Notes: generated from the letters alone by a model not told the origin. Positions 14,039 through 25,951 are shown, numbered from the whole stretch's first letter. The stretch is 63,636 nt of DNA, filler included, from Olpidium bornovanus S191 (GCA_017911155.1; 31 parts of 31 records of this genome joined end to end with filler, not necessarily neighbours in it); one strand, 5' to 3'. Numbers and translations are program-made.

Positions 14039-14931
14039 ATGAAGACCGCGCTCGTGGTACGTCGCGCGCGCTGCGGCCCCTCGCTGCCCTCTTCCTCCCC
14101 CTTCCCTCCCCACTTTCCCCCCATCTTTCCCCTCGCGCTACAGCACCGGGCGCGCCTTATTCCGTCCCAGCTCCAATTTTGCTGCGGTGGCGTCACCGGC
14201 GTTCGCGTTGTCTGACCGGAATCTTGTTTCCGGAATACTCCCACAGCTCGTCGCGGACGGCTCGTCAGAAGTGGAAGCCGTCATATCCAGTAAGCTCCCG
14301 TTTGCGACCGTTTCCTCGCCTTCACGACGCCGTGCCGCGCACGCGCCCTCACTCGTGCTCTCTCCCCCGCCCCCACCCCCTTTCCGCCTCCGAAAAGTCG
14401 ACGTGCTCCGGCGGGCCGAGATTTCCGTTACGGTGGCGGCGGTCAAGCTCCAAGCGGGGCCGGACGGCTCCGCCTCCCGCGCGCCGCTTGTTCTCACCTG
14501 CTGCCGGCAGGTAGGCGTGGTCGCCGACACCCGGGTCGAGGACCTGCTGCGCCCGGACGCCGCGGAGTTCAAGTCGTTCGACGTCGTCATCGTCCCGGGC
14601 GGCCTGGACGGCGCGCGGAAGATGGCAGAGGACGAGCACGTCAAGCGGCTGCTGTGCCTTGCGTGGAAGGGAGGGGTCACTGTCGCTGCCGTTTGCGCCG
14701 GTGCGTGCCCTTTCTTCTTTCCGTTCTTTTTTTTCTTCTTTTTGTTTTAGCCTGTTGGCCCGCAGGTCGTTCGCCACGCGTACCATATCAGAGAGTTTTG
14801 TGTGCTTAACTTTCTGACCCAGTGCGAACTTTTTTTGGCCCATTTAGGGCCCACGGTGCTGAAGGCCGCGGGCGTGGGGCTCGGAGGCGAGCTGACGTCT
14901 TACCCTGCTGTACGCGACCAGCTGGACGGCG
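14039..14931 (+). CDS. PARK7: DJ-1/PARK7 (ThiJ/PfpI) family protein, 3' truncated
   Basis: MKTALV|LVADGSSEVEAVIS|IDVLRRAEISVTVA..FDVVIVPGGLDGA..AAVCA|GPTVLKAAG. The catalytic Glu (EVE) and nucleophile Cys (VCAG) are retained. Confidence 0.88.
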
Positions 14932-14957
14932 GTAAGTTGGTCCCCGCGGTCTCCGCC

Positions 14958-14991
<34 letters not shown>

Positions 14992-15030
14992 CCCGCGGGG
15001 GGGGGGGGGGGGGAGGTTGGGCCCCGGGGT

Positions 15031-15069
<39 letters not shown>

Positions 15070-15345
15070 NNNNNNNNNNNNNNNNNNNNNNNNNNNNNNN
15101 NNNNNNNNNNNNNTTAATTAATTAANNNNNNNNNNNNNNNNNNNNNNNNNNNNNNNNNNNNNNNNNNNNCATGTATATTCTGATGCAGATCTTGGATTAT
15201 AGCAGCGTGAGCCAATGGGGCTAAAAACACTGTCGGGGAACGGCGCCAGAATCTTAAACTGATTTTTCCTGACAACGGGAAATTTCTGAAAGCACAGCGA
15301 CCTGTTGGAATGGCTTTGCAGGGCGAGCCAGACACCTGGTGCAAA

Positions 15346-15427
15346 GGGCGGATAGCTCAATGGTAGAGCATTTTTCCGGGTGGAGGAAGGTCCCGAGTTC
15401 GACCGGATCGACTGGCGCGACGCCAGT
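15346..15427 (+). pseudogene. tRNA-derived sequence (pseudo-tRNA or SINE head)
   Basis: D-arm and A box are intact (TAGCTCAATGGTAGAGC). The anticodon stem pairs only by wobble (TTTTT/GAGGA). B box GAGTTCGA is present, but the 3' T-stem and acceptor strands are missing. A perfect 7-bp hairpin follows. Confidence 0.6.
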
Positions 15428-15697
15428 GTGCTCTTGCTACTATTACCATACTGCCAGACGGCTCAAGTCGCCGCTCCGCGACGGCTTGTTGCTCTGCCAA
15501 AGCAAACTCTCCAAATTTCGTTACGTGTAAAACCCAGTCTGGATCTCCGCGCGTCACCGCAAAACGGGTCTAACCCCCTCACTTTTCCCCTCTTCCCTCC
15601 AAGCAGCGAATCTTTTTCCGTTGCGGATCATTCCCATAACGCAATCCAATTTCCACAAGCAGAGTCGTATATTCCCTCACCCACCAAATCTAGATTC

Positions 15698-16672
15698 TCA
15701 ACATCTCAGCTTGTCCTTCGCCCTCAACGCCGCCCTCGCCGCGTTTGCCAGCCGCGGGTTGACGGCCCCCGTGACCTCGTCATCAGCCAGCACCCGGAGC
15801 GCTTCATCGAACGCCTTGATGACCGTCTGTGCGTGTCTTGCTCTCTCGGAAGCCGTGAACGACCGCGCACGACGAGCCGGACCATGCGGCTGTTGCGGCG
15901 GCTGTAGCGGAGGCGCAGCACTTCCTTCTTCGGCGGTCTGAGGCGGCAGCTGCTGCTCGGGGACGGACGATAACAACGGTGCGGTGGCGAGCGCCGGAGA
16001 ATGGGCGGCGGAGGCGGCGGCGGCAGCGGAGGCGGCGGCGGCGGCGGCGGAAGCAACAACAGCAGCGGCATCCTCGCAAGTCGTTGCTTCGCCAGCTAGC
16101 CCGCTATAAAATTGCTCCGAGAGGTTCGACGACGACGCCGCCGTCGTTTCCGCTGTCATCCGCGCCACCTCAAAAAGATGCTCCAGTAACGTGAGCACGT
16201 TCAGCCGCAACTCCTCCGGATACCGCGCGTCGGAGTTGGCGAGGATCTTCAGGACAGCGTCCGACAGCTTCTTCTTCGGCCGTCCCGCTGCGCCCGTTCG
16301 AATTGCATCTTGTGCCGCAGTCGCAGAAGAGTTTGACGGCGGTGCGTGAAAGCCGGCGATCCCTGCGGACACGTCACCAGTTTCTGACTCGTTAGTATTT
16401 GCCAGGGCTCCTTCAGGCGAGCAGAACGCTTCCAGAATGGCGTCCACTGCAAAGGCGGTACGTCAGATGATTTGGTGAAGGGGGTGACCCTTGAGCAAAC
16501 GCGCACACGCAAAGCGTACACTCAGTAGTCCTGCCCTGTTCCTGCCCCCCGCGGAGCACAACTGTCATGGCGAACACTGCTTCGTTCTGCAACACAGGGT
16601 ACCGCTCGTCGCATGCCATCTGAGCGGTTGGCAGAATAACGCCCTCTGACAGTAGCGCAGTTCGCAAATTCA
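15698..16672 (-). CDS. RAP1GDS1: SmgGDS/RAP1GDS1-like armadillo-repeat GEF, C-terminal fragment
   Basis: EGVILPTAQMACDERYPVLQNEAVFAMTVV and ILANSDARYPEELRLNVLTLL parallel RAP1GDS1 GGIKHLVTMATSEHVIMQNEALVAL..LLADERSAPEIKYNSMVLI. Confidence 0.6.
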
Positions 16673-17030
16673 CTGGCCGCACCAAAAAAAAATTTCAGGT
16701 TTTCGTCAGGATGATACGAAAACGCGCCNNNNNNNNNNNNNNNNNNNNNNNNNNNNNNNNNNNNNNNNNNNNTTAATTAATTAANNNNNNNNNNNNNNNN
16801 NNNNNNNNNNNNNNNNNNNNNNNNNNNNGTTCCGCGGCGACGCAGGGTTATCATCGTGCGAGGGCCGAAACTCGGGAGCCAGTAGGGCTGGCAAAGCGGA
16901 AAGTCAAATAAGAAAGGTCGGGTGCCGGTAACAGAGAAAGAATGGCATGAAATCAAAAGCATCGGGTGATAACTCTGGCCCTAATGTTGTTGAGGATTCA
17001 TGGAATGCGCAGGGAGGGGAGGAGAGGGTT

Positions 17031-18098
17031 TCACCAAAGGCGTGCAGCAATATTTTGCAACCAACCTCGAGTCCAGAAAGCGTCTGCATCATTTTTTTCG
17101 CATGCCTTCCTACTTTGCTTCTGATGGTCGTGTTGCCGGGAGTGGTGCGGAACGGACCGCGACTGTCCCAGGGATTGTGGCTCGTCCTGGTGCTGCGGAG
17201 TAGGAGTGGCGATAGTCGGGTTGGTCGGCGAGGCGGCCGCGACTTTGCACAGCGCTCCGGGGAGTTCGAGAGGTTCCTGATGATGATGGGAAGCCGCATG
17301 GTAAGGTCGACGCTTTTCGGAGGGTATTTTGTCAGCCATCGGCCAGCTCGAGTCCTGGCGGGAAACGTCCGGGTCGTCGCCCTGCAGCTGCGGCGCCGTC
17401 TGCTCTTCGCGCGGCGAGGCGGGCAAAGCGGTCGGAACGCCATTCCCGACTCGCCGTTTGGACGACCCGCTCCAACGGGCGGTGTAGGGTGCGCCCTCGT
17501 TGGGAACATGCGGTGGCGCGCCCGGCGCGGGAAACGGGACTCCGGCCGCCCGCTTAACGGTGGTTTCAGAGAGCGTGGCGGATGTTTCTGCCGCCGCTTC
17601 CATTTCGCGAGCGGCCATCGAAACGCCCTTCTCGGGCTCGCCGTATCCCTTCTCCGGAGTCGTCCGAGCTTCCGCGAGCGCGCCCTCGGAAAGCGACGAA
17701 AAAGCTGCCGGCGGCGGCGGCGCCGGCCTATCATCGTCCGGCTCTCCCGCGGCGAGCAGATCCTTCTGAGCGGTTTCGTTCCTCAGATCCCCCAAGTGCT
17801 TCTCAGCCACCTCATAGTTAGTCGCCGTTCCCGACGCGGCCTGCGCCGGGGCGCCCGACCGCTTCCGCCGGTCTTCATCGCCGGCGGGGCTCTGATTTTC
17901 GCGGTTGTACGCTGAATCGAAGATGCGGCGGTTCTTGCAGCGCCCTCCGCCGCGGACCTTGTCGCCAGCACCGCCACCGCCACAAGACCCGCCCTTATTG
18001 GCGTGCCCGCCGCTCCGGGGACGACTGGCCATACCGCCGTAAACGTTTCCGGCTTGGAGTTTCTGGGCGCAACTCCCGCCGCTGCAATCGCCAGGCAA
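17031..18098 (-). CDS. Hypothetical low-complexity/disordered protein exon
   Basis: A 355-codon open frame rich in A/P/S/G/E. No recognisable motif, and overlapping frames are also open because of the high GC content. Confidence 0.3.
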   Translation of the reverse strand: MPGDCSGGSCAQKLQAGNVYGGMASRPRSGGHANKGGSCGGGGAGDKVRGGGRCKNRRIFDSAYNRENQSPAGDEDRRKRSGAPAQAASGTATNYEVAEKHLGDLRNETAQKDLLAAGEPDDDRPAPPPPAAFSSLSEGALAEARTTPEKGYGEPEKGVSMAAREMEAAAETSATLSETTVKRAAGVPFPAPGAPPHVPNEGAPYTARWSGSSKRRVGNGVPTALPASPREEQTAPQLQGDDPDVSRQDSSWPMADKIPSEKRRPYHAASHHHQEPLELPGALCKVAAASPTNPTIATPTPQHQDEPQSLGQSRSVPHHSRQHDHQKQSRKACEKNDADAFWTRGWLQNIAARLW

Positions 18099-19948
18099 AC
18101 CATGATTCGGACGCCCTATCTGGTTGCAGGCCGTCTTTTTTCCGTCATTGACAATGGCAGCCAGGCGAGAAAAGCGGAAACCGGAAGGGGTCGGATTTAC
18201 ATAAGCAATTCCCGCCAGAGANNNNNNNNNNNNNNNNNNNNNNNNNNNNNNNNNNNNNNNNNNNNTTAATTAATTAANNNNNNNNNNNNNNNNNNNNNNN
18301 NNNNNNNNNNNNNNNNNNNNNAAAGTGTGCCTTAAGGAAAAGCGTCTACTTTCGTCTTCCCCGTGTGTTTTTTTGTTTTTTTTTTTTTGCCGCACCCGAT
18401 TTGACGTAATCCCACAAACATTCACTTGAAATTTCTCTGCTTCGGCGGGGTAGGTTGTGTATGCAGTGCGATGGCGATGAAAATGAAGTGCAAATGCAGA
18501 GCTTTTCTCGAATTATTCTTGCCATGCTAATCCTGGATTGAATTGCGTTCTTGGGTATGCGCGCACGGCGGCTGGCCCAGCAAAACCTTGACAGTAATCT
18601 GCAAAACAGGCTCCGCAGTTGCACGCGCTGACGGATTTGCTGGGTTTAAGTAAGTGTTTAGGTAACGGTTTACGCTGAGAACAAATTGGGTGGTGTAAAC
18701 GCTGCCCTCCTTGTCGTTCTTAGTTATTTGCGCAAGATGGCCTTTGCAAAGTTCAGCGAGTGCGGGTGCGCCTCCGGCGCGGCCGGTGGGAATGCTGGTT
18801 GATACGCTGTCGGTTTTTATTTTGGTGTTTTCGTTTGGCTACGTTGGGTGGTAGTAGTAGTAGTATGAGAGCGGTAAAAATATTTTGGGCGCAACCACGC
18901 GGACTCGGAATACACGGATCCTCCTTGGGCCTGGGGACCTCCTCAGAGGATAAGCACGCGGACTCGGAACACGCGGATCTTGCTTAGAACTGAATGCCAT
19001 CGGCGCCGTCGCCACAGGCATCGGCGCTCGGGGAGAAAAAATCTTGACATATTTTAAGACAATTATGCGCCTGACGAAGAGCGGTCGTTGGAGAAAAAGA
19101 GTCTGCCGACGAGGTGCAGTTGCGCGAGAGGAACCCCCCACCCCCGCCTTCCCCCCCGCGGCGCCGATGAGACCAGCTCGACGGGCACGGTGGCGTTCAC
19201 TTCTGCTCTGAATGATGTTGCCCGGACCGAAGGGCCTCCCTTGGTTGTATCCAAGTTCCGTGGCCCGGCGGAGTGCTTTTTTTTTTGGGTCCTCGCGAGT
19301 GCGACTTTCCTGCCGAGAGGCGCGCGACTTCGGCAAGACGCACGGGATGCAATACGAAAGCTATGAATGGCGTGTCAGGGCCGCGAAGGCGACGTTGGAC
19401 ATGAACAGCCTTTTACTCCACGGCATTCCGCGCGGACGCCTCGACGCTTCGGCCTGGCGCCTCGCTCCTTGGCTGGTGCATCATGGCCCTGCCAGGTGAG
19501 TCTTCGCACATGAAGCTACTGCAGGCCGGCCCTTACCTTCCTAATTTTAGTCCAGTTCTTTATAGAAAGTAACAAGTTATGGGGCTTAAATTTATGGGGG
19601 TCAGATCAGCGGAACCAAACGTTCACGAAAAGTGTTAAGCACTCGGCATCGGCAACAACATGGTGTTTGTGGAAAAGGTCCATCACGCANNNNNNNNNNN
19701 NNNNNNNNNNNNNNNNNNNNNNNNNNNNNNNNNTTAATTAATTAANNNNNNNNNNNNNNNNNNNNNNNNNNNNNNNNNNNNNNNNNNNNCATGAGATGAG
19801 CGGCGCGGAGCGGGTAATGCAATGAAGAGACGGCCATCCAACAAATGAAACGAAGCGATCACCAGCCCGGTGAAATTTGGGCCAAATTAGCATAGCCGTC
19901 TGCGAACGGGGATGGGGAGACGCGAACGGGCAGACGGCATAACTCCCC

Positions 19949-20973
19949 TCCACGACCTCCGGCTTTGGAACAAGCTGCTTTAGCTCTGCAACACTCAGCC
20001 GGTTGAGTTTCTTCAGCTTCTTTTTGGACACACCAGCCTTCTTCTTCTCCTCATCCTCCGAGTCTACGTCACCCTTTTCCGTTTCCATCGGCTTTCCTTC
20101 TCCTTCATTAAGAGTAACTTCCGCACCTTCTGCAGGCTGCAGCGGGCGTAGAAAGGGGTCAAAGGCAGTCCCTCAAAGAGCTGACACGGTCGTCGCTAGA
20201 ACGTGCCGCCCACACACCGACTCATCCTCCGGCTTAGTCACGGAGAAGTGCTCGAAAATGCTGCTGAACTCCTCGAAGTTCGGGTCCTCCGGATTTAGCA
20301 CACTCTCGCTGACGTACACAACCTCGACGTCATCGTCATCAGAGTCGGCAACGTTGTCCTGGCGAAGCGTCGGTCACCGATAACCGGAAGTTAACAGAGC
20401 AGCGGATTGCAGCGTCGGCCAACTCGAGACACGCTACGTTTGCAACGAAACAGCGCGACAATAGAGGCAAAACGCGGCCGCACGCGGGGTTTTCGCGTCC
20501 TAGACGCAACAATGCTGCTCCAATTGCCTGGTTTCTCTGCCGGGGCCCATGCGCTTGAATGTTTTCGTTCGCGCCTTCCTCACCTCCTTCGGCTTCGGGG
20601 CTTGCCGCAGGTTTTCCTTGCCGCTTTTCTTCTCCGCCTTCTTCTTCACCTTCCGCCGCGCCCGCTTCTCCTGATGTTTCTTCTTTTTGGCGGCCTCAGC
20701 GCGCAGCTGCTTCGCGGAAGCGCCGCGGCCATTGCCGGCCCCGTTCGAGTCGGCGCCGGCCAGGTCCGACGGGGATTGGTCCCCCACAATCTCAATCCCG
20801 TCGTCTCTTTTCCACTCAGCCGAGCCGTTCCGCGTCGGCCCGTTCGCCGTTTCGGCTGCTGCCACCGTCGGGGCCGCGCCTCCGTCCGCCTCCGGCGCCA
20901 AGCTGTCCCCTCCGCCGAAGCGGGCGTGTAGCGATGCTGGCGCTGGAACAGGTGCTGGTGCTGGTGCGGTCAT
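19949..20973 (-). CDS. SF3B2: Splicing factor 3B subunit 2 (SAP145/Cus1), 5' part
   Basis: DVEVVYVSE..DPNFEEFSSIFEHF and SKKKLKKLNRLSVAELKQLVPKPEVVE. ATG at 20973. Confidence 0.92.
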
Positions 20974-21206
20974 TTTCCTCGGGCGGGGGACGGTGAGGAG
21001 CGGAAGCACAAGGGGGTGATGAGGCGAAGAGGGAAGAAATGGGGGAAGGAGGAATTTATTGAAGCGCAGCGTTCAGTTCTCAAACGAGAACCCCGTCTTC
21101 TCCTTCCCATCAAACACAACGAAGGCTCCAAAACAAGCTGTGCGCGCGCGTACGGCAACGGAAATATCCATCAGGAGGTGCTCGAGCACCTACCGCAAAT
21201 GCTTCA

Positions 21207-22075
21207 GGAAATGTGCCGCTGTTGTGGTCGTGCTCCCTGCTGGCTGGCCTTGTTACCGCCGTTCTTGCCTTTGCTCTTGCTTTTGTTGTTGTTGTCGGCC
21301 TTGTGCGCCTTCTTGCCCTTGTCCTTGTCTTTATCCATTGGCCTGATGTCACCGTTGGAGCGTGGTCAATGCCTGAGCGCAATCTCTATTGCATAGTTGA
21401 ACTCCTTTTGTAGTCGGCCATTCTGATAAATAATTGGACTAAGGATGGAGAATCGTTCTAATTGACGAGATTTGTGACGTATGTGGGAATGAGAATCTTC
21501 TCTGAGACGCCAAATTCCTGTTGACATGCAAAACGTTGGTTCGATTGCAATATGCCACTATATTTATTCTATAATACATTTACACTAGTAAAATATATCC
21601 TGCACTATTAACTCTTGTGTATGCGGCAGAAAGAAAAAACATGGTCCGCAATTTTGCACTTGATAATCTACCGGAATGCGTGATCTTCTACTTCGGCGCG
21701 GAGAAATTGACGCTGACGCGCGACCTTGAGCGTGGGCCACAATCAAACCCGATCAGGATAATCAGCAGGGTACTCCCATATGTGTTTACTCCCCCATGTG
21801 GTGGTGTCACCAATCAATTTTGACCTGATGATTGTGATGGTGATGAAAGGGGAGTGCATCGCGATAGAGACGTAGGCTTCGACTTTGTCGAAGAAGGCAA
21901 GCAGTTTGGCACAGCTACCTGTTCCATCATACTTCGGGATATCGGCCTGGACGCCTTTCAAGGCTTCCTGGCCGTCCCGAGGAAGCAGTTGTGGGTTATG
22001 CACGTATAAACCCTCTGGAGTTGTGCAAAACGTTGTATGGCAACGGTGGGCCTGACGTAGACGGCGAGTAGCCAT
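21207..22075 (-). mobile_element. Degenerate LTR-retrotransposon Gag relic (gypsy-like capsid start, K/N-rich tail)
   Basis: IPKYDGTGSCAKLLAFFDKVEAY..IIRSKLIGDTTTW follows the PxF/YDG..F..VE..SKLxG..W Gag pattern. The frame is broken by stops. Confidence 0.55.
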
Positions 22076-22277
22076 AGTGTACTGCGGAGAGGTCAGAGTT
22101 ATTCCCGAACCGTTAGGTTAGGGTCTACAGGAGCTTTTTCGCTTTCGCCGTCACGCCCGTGACTGTAGCGTCATGCCNNNNNNNNNNNNNNNNNNNNNNN
22201 NNNNNNNNNNNNNNNNNNNNNTTAATTAATTAANNNNNNNNNNNNNNNNNNNNNNNNNNNNNNNNNNNNNNNNNNNN

Positions 22278-23488
22278 CATGCCACCTCGCGCATGATTTC
22301 GCTGCCGCGATACAACATCGACCGCAAGATCTGCATTGCGGGGAGAAGGGCATCCATGAGCATCTGCAAACACGGGCACAGCGATTGTGCAACACGGTCT
22401 GGCATGGACGCGTACCTCTGTAGTCATGACCAGACAGGAAGCGGTCGCATTAATGGTGACGTCTCCGGTCATCAAACCGACGTCGTTAAATTCGGCTTGG
22501 AGTTCACGGTATTTCTGATTACTAAGTGCCTGGTGAGCGCAAAAAAAAACAACGGGGGGAACGTCAACTGCGAATTCCCTGGTGACTCAAGGAGCACAAA
22601 ACGGTGACGGAAGTTCCAACCTTGATAGGACTGGTGTAGATGACCCGCTGCTTGTTTTGTAGGCCTTGTGCTATCGCGTACTCGGCCACCACCGTCTTTC
22701 CTGCAGAGGTATGCGCAGATACTAGAACCGACTCCTCCCTCTGAATTGCGTATATAGCGTACTGCTGGAACGGGTCGAGCGTGAAAGGGTATTCGCGCGC
22801 CGGCTTCTCGGGCGGTACATGTTCCGCAATTGGGACATACGGATAGTCGGGCGGCAAAGCTACTTGGTGACGGACCTGGGAAGGAAAAGGAGGACGGTAA
22901 GAGGCGCGGAGAGCAGAAGCGAGACACGCGAGCAGCGAACGGTGGAGTTGAGGACGGCCAAGCCGTGCAAGGGAAGGGGGGAAGGGGAGGGGGACTCACG
23001 GAGTGGCTGATCTTGATCTGCTTTTCGGTCTCCGCTTCCTGACCGACGGCTGCGACTTCGCGTTCGACCTGTACCGCGGTGACGTCGGTAAGCAGAACAT
23101 CCTTATCGACGCGCGGTTTCTTCGCGCGGCCCTCGGGCGGCTGGAGGACTCCGTCGCGGGCCGCGTGCTGGGCAGCCGGAGGACCAAGGTCGGATTTGTC
23201 GCTAAAGGGGTTCTCGAGCGCGCGCTTCTTCCCGCCCATCCCGTCCGCCTCGTCGCGCGACCGCAGCGGCGGTAGCCCATCGGGCTGTAAGTCATACTCC
23301 TCCCCCTCCTCCGCCTCCTGCTGGTGCGCCTGACGGCGGGGGTGCTGGTGGTGGCGGAGGCCGCCGGTGGCGGCGGCGGCGCTGCTGCTGCTGACGTCGC
23401 GCTGCTGCTGCTGCTGCTGCTGCGGCGGCGGCTGCGCTTCGCCCGCCTCGTTGAAGACGTCGAAGAGGGCGTCGTCTCCGAAGCCCAT
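22278..23488 (-). CDS. MTR4: RNA helicase MTR4/DOB1, 5' part
   Basis: [44 protein letters not shown]|[28 protein letters not shown]|[17 protein letters not shown]. Confidence 0.96.
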
Positions 23489-23654
23489 GGCTTTTTCCGG
23501 TGGCTGGCGGGGAGCCGGGCGAGCAAATAAAGTTTGCGCCCGTGTTTTTTATTTTTTTTTATTTTATTTTTTTTTTTTTTTTTTTTTTTGTCTTTTCCGA
23601 GCGGCGGGCAGGGTTTCGCCCGAAGGGGGGGAGGGGGGGAAGGGAAAAGGGGGG

Positions 23655-23688
<34 letters not shown>

Positions 23689-23743
23689 ATCCCTGCGAAT
23701 TTCTCTCGCGCACTGCTGCCCTCGCCCGCTCCGCCCCCACAAA

Positions 23744-23781
<38 letters not shown>

Positions 23782-23938
23782 TCGTCGTCGTCGTCCTGTT
23801 TTTCTTCTCAGAGAGCCTCCCGGCACTGGCCGCCGCTGCCGGGGAGACGCGGACGCGGACCGGGACACGGTCGCAGCCCCGGGCAAACCGCCGCCCGGCT
23901 CTTGCTCCGTGGCCGCTGCTGGCGCCGAGACGCCGCCG

Positions 23939-25365
23939 ATGCCCGCTCCTGCCGCTCGCCAACCCCGTCGCCAAGCCTCAGCACAGCAGGCCTACCCGTC
24001 GGGCACGGCGTTCCGCCGCGGGGCGGCCGTTTCTGCAGGCCGCCTGGCCCCCGCGTCCAGCGGGAGTCTCGAGGTGGCGGCGGTGCCTCTGCCGGGGCCG
24101 GGCCGCGCGCGGTCGACCGAGCAGGCCGTAGCGGAAATCGCCGCCCCGCCTCTTTCCGCCGGCAGCTCCGAACCCCCGGGGCGAGCCCTTGAGAGCGCGG
24201 GCTCGGCGCCGCACGGGATGAACGGCGCGCTTCCCGCCAGTGGCCGTCTTGACGGTTCGCTGGGTTTTGCTGGCCTTTCCCAGATGACGCCGCAGGCCGC
24301 CGCCGCTTTGGCTGCTGGTGGGGGAACCGGTGCCGGTCACCGGTCCGCCGCGGCGGCCCAGCTGCTTTCGGCCGCGTCGAGACTATACTACGGCCCGCGG
24401 ATCCTGCTTGACAACCCTCCGGATCCAGCAGTCTCGGCATACTGGAGGCGCACCGCGCGCCGTGCCGCTGCCGCCGAGCAGCAGGAACAACAGCACGCGT
24501 CCATGGAGACTTTATCGGCGTGGGCGGAAAGGGCGCATCAGGTCGGTGAAGAGTGCGCACGAGGGACGTCTTCTTGGCTCGGTGCTTTGTCCAAAAGCGA
24601 GGTGGTGCTGCTCGGACAAACACCGGCCCACGGCGCCGGCCCGTTCGAAGACGTGGGTGACCATTTGTGTCGGCGCCCCACTCCACGTTTCCGCTACAGC
24701 CGCACTCTTCGTCCTGCGCCGTGCTCAAATCGTCCGTGAATATTCGAAGAGGTTCGTTGCGGATATGGCGGCAGACTCCGCAGGGCGGAGGTGCTACACC
24801 ATGCCATACAGCAGCCGATAAAACCCCGCCGGCCCCGACCGACGGGACGCCCTACCCTTGCCACGAGGAACAACCAAGATATGGCCTACGGTTTGTCTTT
24901 GACTCGAGCTCACCGTGCCGGATACGAGTTTTGTGCTTTGCGAAAGAAACCGTTGCAGACGGGTGAGAAACTTTGCCTGCTCTGACTATCTGGTGGTTAC
25001 CCACGTTCTTGGCGGCCGCGGATTCGCCGTTTTTGACTCCCGTGCACGCAACTGCCAAGCCAGGAAATTCGACCTCCAGTTTCCGCACCTCGTAATACCG
25101 CCTTTCGAGCGTAACGAGGGCCTCGGGCAAGAATTCGAGCTACCCGAGCGTTATCACGTCGACCTGGCCCGCTACATCCACTTGTCAGCCACGTCCCTCC
25201 CGAGACCCTCGTCCGAAGAGGCAGACCTTGCGACCGGCAACTCGTCGCGACGCCCCACGGGGATTTCACCGACGTCGCAGCCCGAAGACAACTTTCCGGT
25301 CTTCCCGTTTGTGGTCGTCATAGAGAGCAGGGACGACGAGATTTTCGCAGACGCCGAAAGACATG
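23939..25365 (+). CDS. MGRN1/RNF157/LOG2-like E3 ligase, N-terminal part (RING not reached)
   Basis: AVLKSSVNIRRGSLRIW..YGLRFVFDSSSPCRIRVLCFAKE and EGLGQEFELP..VDL..FPFVVVIE match the MGRN1 N-terminal domain (LRSLVNIRKDSLRLV..YSLEFTFDAD..GVSQQFSLP..FPVVI). Confidence 0.7.
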
Positions 25366-25892
25366 NNNNNNNNNNNNNNNNNNNNNNNNNNNNNNNNNNN
25401 NNNNNNNNNTTAATTAATTAANNNNNNNNNNNNNNNNNNNNNNNNNNNNNNNNNNNNNNNNNNNNCCCCCCGCTTTTCTGGCGAACTTCAAGACGCGTTT
25501 TCTCGGGCCCCACCGATTGATTCCCACGAAACTTTGAGGAAACCACCGCCCCGTTTGCGCGCACCTCCTCCCAAAGTTGTAGAACGACCGGCGGCCGGAC
25601 GGCGGAGAACGAAGAGAAAACGTCTCAAAACGGAGCACTTTTGGCCTTCTTTTGACGACTGCGAAGTGGGGACACGTTCAATCGGCGAACGGCCAACACA
25701 GGCAAACTCTCCTCGCCGGGGCGCATCCGCTGCAGCAAACAGATCGGGAATCGGAGGCCTCTCCGCCGAGAACGAGACCTGCCGAGTTTGGGAAATTGTC
25801 ACCCCCTTCTCAGATTCACTGGAAACGCTTCTCACCATCTCTCATCATCCTCACTGTCCAACACAAAAAATCCGAGTAAACAGGAATTCTAG

Positions 25893-25943
25893 TAAATCCA
25901 GGGTAAATGCGTAGTGTGAGCACCACGCATTTACCCGGATTTA
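25893..25943. repeat. Inverted repeat, about 19-bp arms with 12-nt loop
   Basis: TAAATCCAGGGTAAATGCGT (25893-25912) versus ACGCATTTACCCGGATTTA (25925-25943); perfect apart from one bulged A. Confidence 0.9.
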
Positions 25944-25951
25944 TACGGGAG

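Noticed and set aside
22113-22126. GTTAGGTTAGGG telomere-like sequence
   Set aside because: Only two imperfect units; expected by chance.
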